Source of the DNA: an uncultured Verrucomicrobiae bacterium
GTDB lineage: Bacteria > Verrucomicrobiota > Verrucomicrobiia > Palsa-1439
Assembly (NCBI GenBank): GCA_963836315.1
Contig: CAWIJG010000002.1
Span: forward strand, 1,447,786 to 1,511,785
Reading direction: 5' to 3'
DNA: 64,000 bases
Positions 60,751 to 64,000 of this stretch are shown piece by piece. A program made the translations under genes and the position numbers. The notes below the pieces were generated by a model. The model was not told where the DNA came from and searched no databases. It saw nothing but the letters and a program-made list of their open reading frames with translations. Positions within the stretch are counted from its first letter, which is position 1. Every line of letters begins with the position of its first letter.

Positions 60751-62173
60751 CTACCGGCTAAGCTCAAATGCCTTCATGATGGTGGCGTACTTGGTGAGCA
60801 TGTTGGGGACTTCCCAGTCGGGGAGGCGCCCGGCGCGGAGGTAGCGCAGGTAGTTTTCGGTGACTTGGGCGAAATGCGCTTCGTGGCCGACGTCGTACTT
60901 ATCCGGCACGGTCACCCACCACGAATGTCCATCGCGTCCGAAACTAACGCCGGGATGTTTTTGTTGTAGAGATGCAATGGCGGCTTTGAGGGCCGATTCG
61001 AAGGCTGCGTCGTCTGTCTTGCCGGCATTCTCGATGTACAAAACCGGTTTGTATTTCTGCTCCGCGCCCTGGCGGATGACGAGGTTCGCTTTCGTCCCGC
61101 GCATCATGGAATAGTGCCGGTCGTCCGCGCCCGGTGGCGCTTCGAAATTCCAAGTGACCGACACCTTGCGCATACACGCCGCGCAGTCTGTACGTGAATT
61201 CGCCGTTGGCGTAATCCTGAAGCACGCCGTTCTTCACGTCGGGTTTCAGAAAGTCCGGGAACGCGTCCGCGCCCGTCACCAGCTTGAATTGTTCGCGCGT
61301 GATGGGCGTGGCCCAGCGCCGGGCGCTCAACACGTTGACATCCGAAGGGCTCAACGCCTGCTCCGGGAATGCTTCCCATTGGATCAGGTCGACCAAATGA
61401 GTTGTGATATCCACGATCCCTTCGCCTTGCTGGCGGACGTCAAAGAACCATTGCGGGCGCTTCAGCGACGCACCAGCCACGATCTTGGAAAAGTGGTGGA
61501 CGCTCTCCATGGTGATGGCAGGTTCGTCGGCCGAGCCTTTCACCAATTCACCGAACAGCCCGGGTTGTTGCGACAACTCTCGTTGCAGCATCGTGGTGAT
61601 CTCGTAGCGTTCGGTCATGATGTCGTACAAGAGAACGTGGTTGGAGGCTGCGACGGTGAACGCCTGCTGCAATCGCGGGAAATCACCGGGAGTGATGACC
61701 ATCGGTTTGTCGGCCAGCACGTTCAGGCCAGCTTGGACCGACCGCAGGATGAAATCCGTCTTTTGCGTGTTCTTGCCCGAAACCACGACCACGTTGCCGG
61801 GCTTCTCGGACAGCATTTTCTCCATGAAGTCCGGGCCGGTATAGACTTTTTCCTGCCAATGCGTCGGCTGGTCGGCCCGGGTGTTAAACCACTCGATCCG
61901 TTTCAGGTGTTCGGCGAGGTCGTCGGGGCCTAGCGCATAGACGTGCACCAGCGGATCGACGTCGGCGTACATGAACTTCTGCACCAGCGCCGCGTGGAAA
62001 TGGCCCGGGTCGAGTGTGATCAATCGGAATGAGGCAGGTTTCGGATTGTTGTCGGCCATTGCGTAAGTCCCGTTCACGATCCATCCGCACAGCAGCAGCA
62101 ACATCAGGATGCGATGGGCACCCGGCGTTTTGCCAGCGACGTTGGCGGGGCTGGAGAACACAGCGGATGCCAT
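60751..62173 (-). CDS. Exported Gfo/Idh/MocA-like putative oxidoreductase; frameshift near 61172
   Basis: LDPGHFHAALVQK, NVLADKPM, YDIMTERYE, GEGIVDITTHLVD; the second frame continues KVSVTWNFE...GHEAHF...EVPNMLTKY. Confidence 0.78.
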
Positions 62174-62310
62174 GACCCGGCACTATGCCAGCCGAATCCC
62201 CAAAGGGCAACGCTGGAGCTTCGCGGTACGGGTGTCGGAACACTTCCGCGAAACGTTGAAGTTATGGCGCGAACAGGCGCAAACCAGACGGAACGTCTTC
62301 CGTCCGCATA

Positions 62311-63036
62311 CTAGGTGCCGCTGGCCGCTTTGATGGCTTGACGGATGCGGAGTTCGTTGGCCCCGATCACGGTTTCGACTTCTTTGCCATTTTTGTCGTA
62401 GATGATGATGTGGGGGATGGAGGTCACGTTGTACTCCTGCGCGAGGACGCGGTCTTTATCGATGTTGACCTTTTGCAGCGCGATGTTGGGATTGCCTTCC
62501 GCGATCTTCTCCAATATCGGGCCAATGTGCCGGCAGGGGCCGCACCAATCGGCATAGAAATCGACAATCGTTATCTTGCCGCGTTCGAGCTGGATGGAGC
62601 CCTCGCCTTGGGGATGCGAACGGGAGGACGACACGGGAATCGTTGCAGGCTTGGGCGGGTGAGGCGGTTTACCGGGCGGGTTGCTGTCCTTGGCGCTGAT
62701 GGTGACGTCGTCCACCTCAACCGCCGCGACGCGCTGGTCCGCTCCGCTCAGGGGCGTGATGACGAACGAGCCATTTTCGAAACTCCGCGCGAGCCCACTC
62801 AAAATCGTGTGCTTGCAGGTGGTGAGATTGGCGGTCTCGGAATCGAAATCGATCCGTTTGACCTGTTGAAGACTCACGTGGGTGACGGTTCCATCCTTGC
62901 TGGCCACTTCGAATCGCTGGTTGATCAGGGCGAGAACGCGGGCTTCGGTTTTCGTGCCGTCTTGGAATTCGATTACATCGGCACGGGCGCCGACCATGGT
63001 CACCAAGCACAAGAACACTGGCAGTATTCGCTTCAC
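62311..63036 (-). CDS. Exported thioredoxin-domain protein with two N-terminal small beta-barrel repeats
   Basis: Signal peptide, two roughly 45-aa beta repeats, Pro linker, DFYADWCGPC, IPH cis-Pro loop. Confidence 0.85.
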   Translation of the reverse strand: MKRILPVFLCLVTMVGARADVIEFQDGTKTEARVLALINQRFEVASKDGTVTHVSLQQVKRIDFDSETANLTTCKHTILSGLARSFENGSFVITPLSGADQRVAAVEVDDVTISAKDSNPPGKPPHPPKPATIPVSSSRSHPQGEGSIQLERGKITIVDFYADWCGPCRHIGPILEKIAEGNPNIALQKVNIDKDRVLAQEYNVTSIPHIIIYDKNGKEVETVIGANELRIRQAIKAASGT

Positions 63037-63185
63037 AATGGGTGATTACAGCAGGTTTTTTGCCTGATTTGGCGGTCGCCCGCGGGATTTTGTGCGGCTT
63101 GCCTAGCACACCTGTATCCGATATACCCACAGACGAAAGGCGCGCGCCCGGGAATCGGCAGCCCAACGCTGAAAGAGACACACGC

Positions 63186-64000
63186 ATGTCCTCATTGCGT
63201 TCGTTGGATTTGATGGTCATCGGCCTTTACATGGCGGCCATGGCTGGCATCGGGTTATGGTTTGCCCGCCGCCAGACTTCCACCGAGACGTATTTCGTCG
63301 CCCGGCGGGCCGTGCCGCATTGGGCGATGGGGCTTTCGATGTTCGCCACGATCATCAGCAGCATTACGTTTATCGCGTACCCGGGATCGGCGTACGCGGG
63401 CAACTGGAACCTTCTGGTTCCCGGCTTCATGGCGGTGGGCGTTCTCCTGTTGGTCGGCGGGGTTATCATTTCGTTTTTTCGCCATGCGGTCGGGTTGAGC
63501 GCGTATGAGTATTTCGAGCATCGGTTTGGCTACGGCGCGCGGGCGTACAGCGCGCTGGCGTTCACGGCAGGGCATTTCTCGAAAATGGGCTTCGTGCTGT
63601 TCACGATTACAGCCGCGATCAGCGGCATGACGGGTTGGGGCGCCTACCACGTGATTATCGGGGTCGGTCTCGTGACGATTCTCTATACAATGGTCGGGGG
63701 TTTGGAAGCGGTCATCTGGACGGAGGTATTGCAGGGGATCGTCAAGGTAGTGGGCGTGGTGATCATCATCAGCGTGTTGCTTTGGATCATGCCAGGCGGC
63801 CCGGGAGCGGCATTCCACCTTGCCACGGAGAAACATAAATTCAGTCTCGGCAGTCGGGACTTCAATCTTTCCCAAAACGGCAACTTTTGGGTGATGATCC
63901 TTTACGGGTTTTTCTGGTATCTGCAAAAATACACCGCCGACCAAACGCTGGTGCAACGGTATCTCGTTGCAAAATCAGACCGCGATGCGATCAAAGGCGT
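63186..64000 (+). CDS. Sodium:solute symporter (SSS family); runs off the right edge
   Basis: YFVARR..PHWAMGLSMFAT..SSITFIAYPG, SAYEYFEHRFG, YT.VGGLEAVIWTEVLQ, DQ..VQRYL; open to the window end. Confidence 0.93.
   Translation, partial: MSSLRSLDLMVIGLYMAAMAGIGLWFARRQTSTETYFVARRAVPHWAMGLSMFATIISSITFIAYPGSAYAGNWNLLVPGFMAVGVLLLVGGVIISFFRHAVGLSAYEYFEHRFGYGARAYSALAFTAGHFSKMGFVLFTITAAISGMTGWGAYHVIIGVGLVTILYTMVGGLEAVIWTEVLQGIVKVVGVVIIISVLLWIMPGGPGAAFHLATEKHKFSLGSRDFNLSQNGNFWVMILYGFFWYLQKYTADQTLVQRYLVAKSDRDAIKG

Noticed and set aside
63100-63185. Riboswitch upstream of the SSS transporter
   Set aside because: GC-rich and possibly structured, but I could not match glycine, c-di-GMP, SAM or TPP consensus blocks.

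Overview
A 64-kb, GC-rich, gene-dense bacterial chromosomal window. By gene style it is probably PVC superphylum, Verrucomicrobiota-like (inference). It holds about 55 genes. Housekeeping: gltB (partial), rplU-rpmA, trpD, ferritin, pcm, rsmH paralog, rluA-like, yhiN, yhbY, ABC-F, arfB, lepB, rsmB, amtB, der, nrdJ, glnS. Regulatory: Lrp, MerR, hybrid kinase, ECF sigma/anti-sigma, P-II. Transport: several systems. I found no rRNA, tRNA, CRISPR array, integrase or transposase. Two riboswitches are recognisable by eye: c-di-AMP (ydaO type) before a KimA-like K+ transporter, and fluoride before crcB. Also visible are a sigma54 promoter with an NtrC-like upstream site, tandem NrdR boxes, a MerR-type 19-bp-spacer promoter and an ECF promoter. 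Most unusual observations: (1) a three-copy non-coding element built on CGAACCCAAC-N48-50-GTTGGGTTCG, embedded in mosaics of GTAG-type REP hairpins; (2) a 47-bp direct repeat flanking a 6.1-kb block, which gives an FKBP gene an N-terminus copied from a dehydrogenase Rossmann motif; (3) an apparently circularly permuted SpoIVB/S55 protease in an exported three-gene module; (4) a sigma-region-2-only mini-protein; (5) a stand-alone copy of a MerR effector domain encoded upstream of its regulator. At least a dozen apparent indels interrupt genes, most at 39.8-44 kb. They may be assembly errors, so 'pseudogene' calls are provisional. All calls come from motif recognition; no database searches were run.
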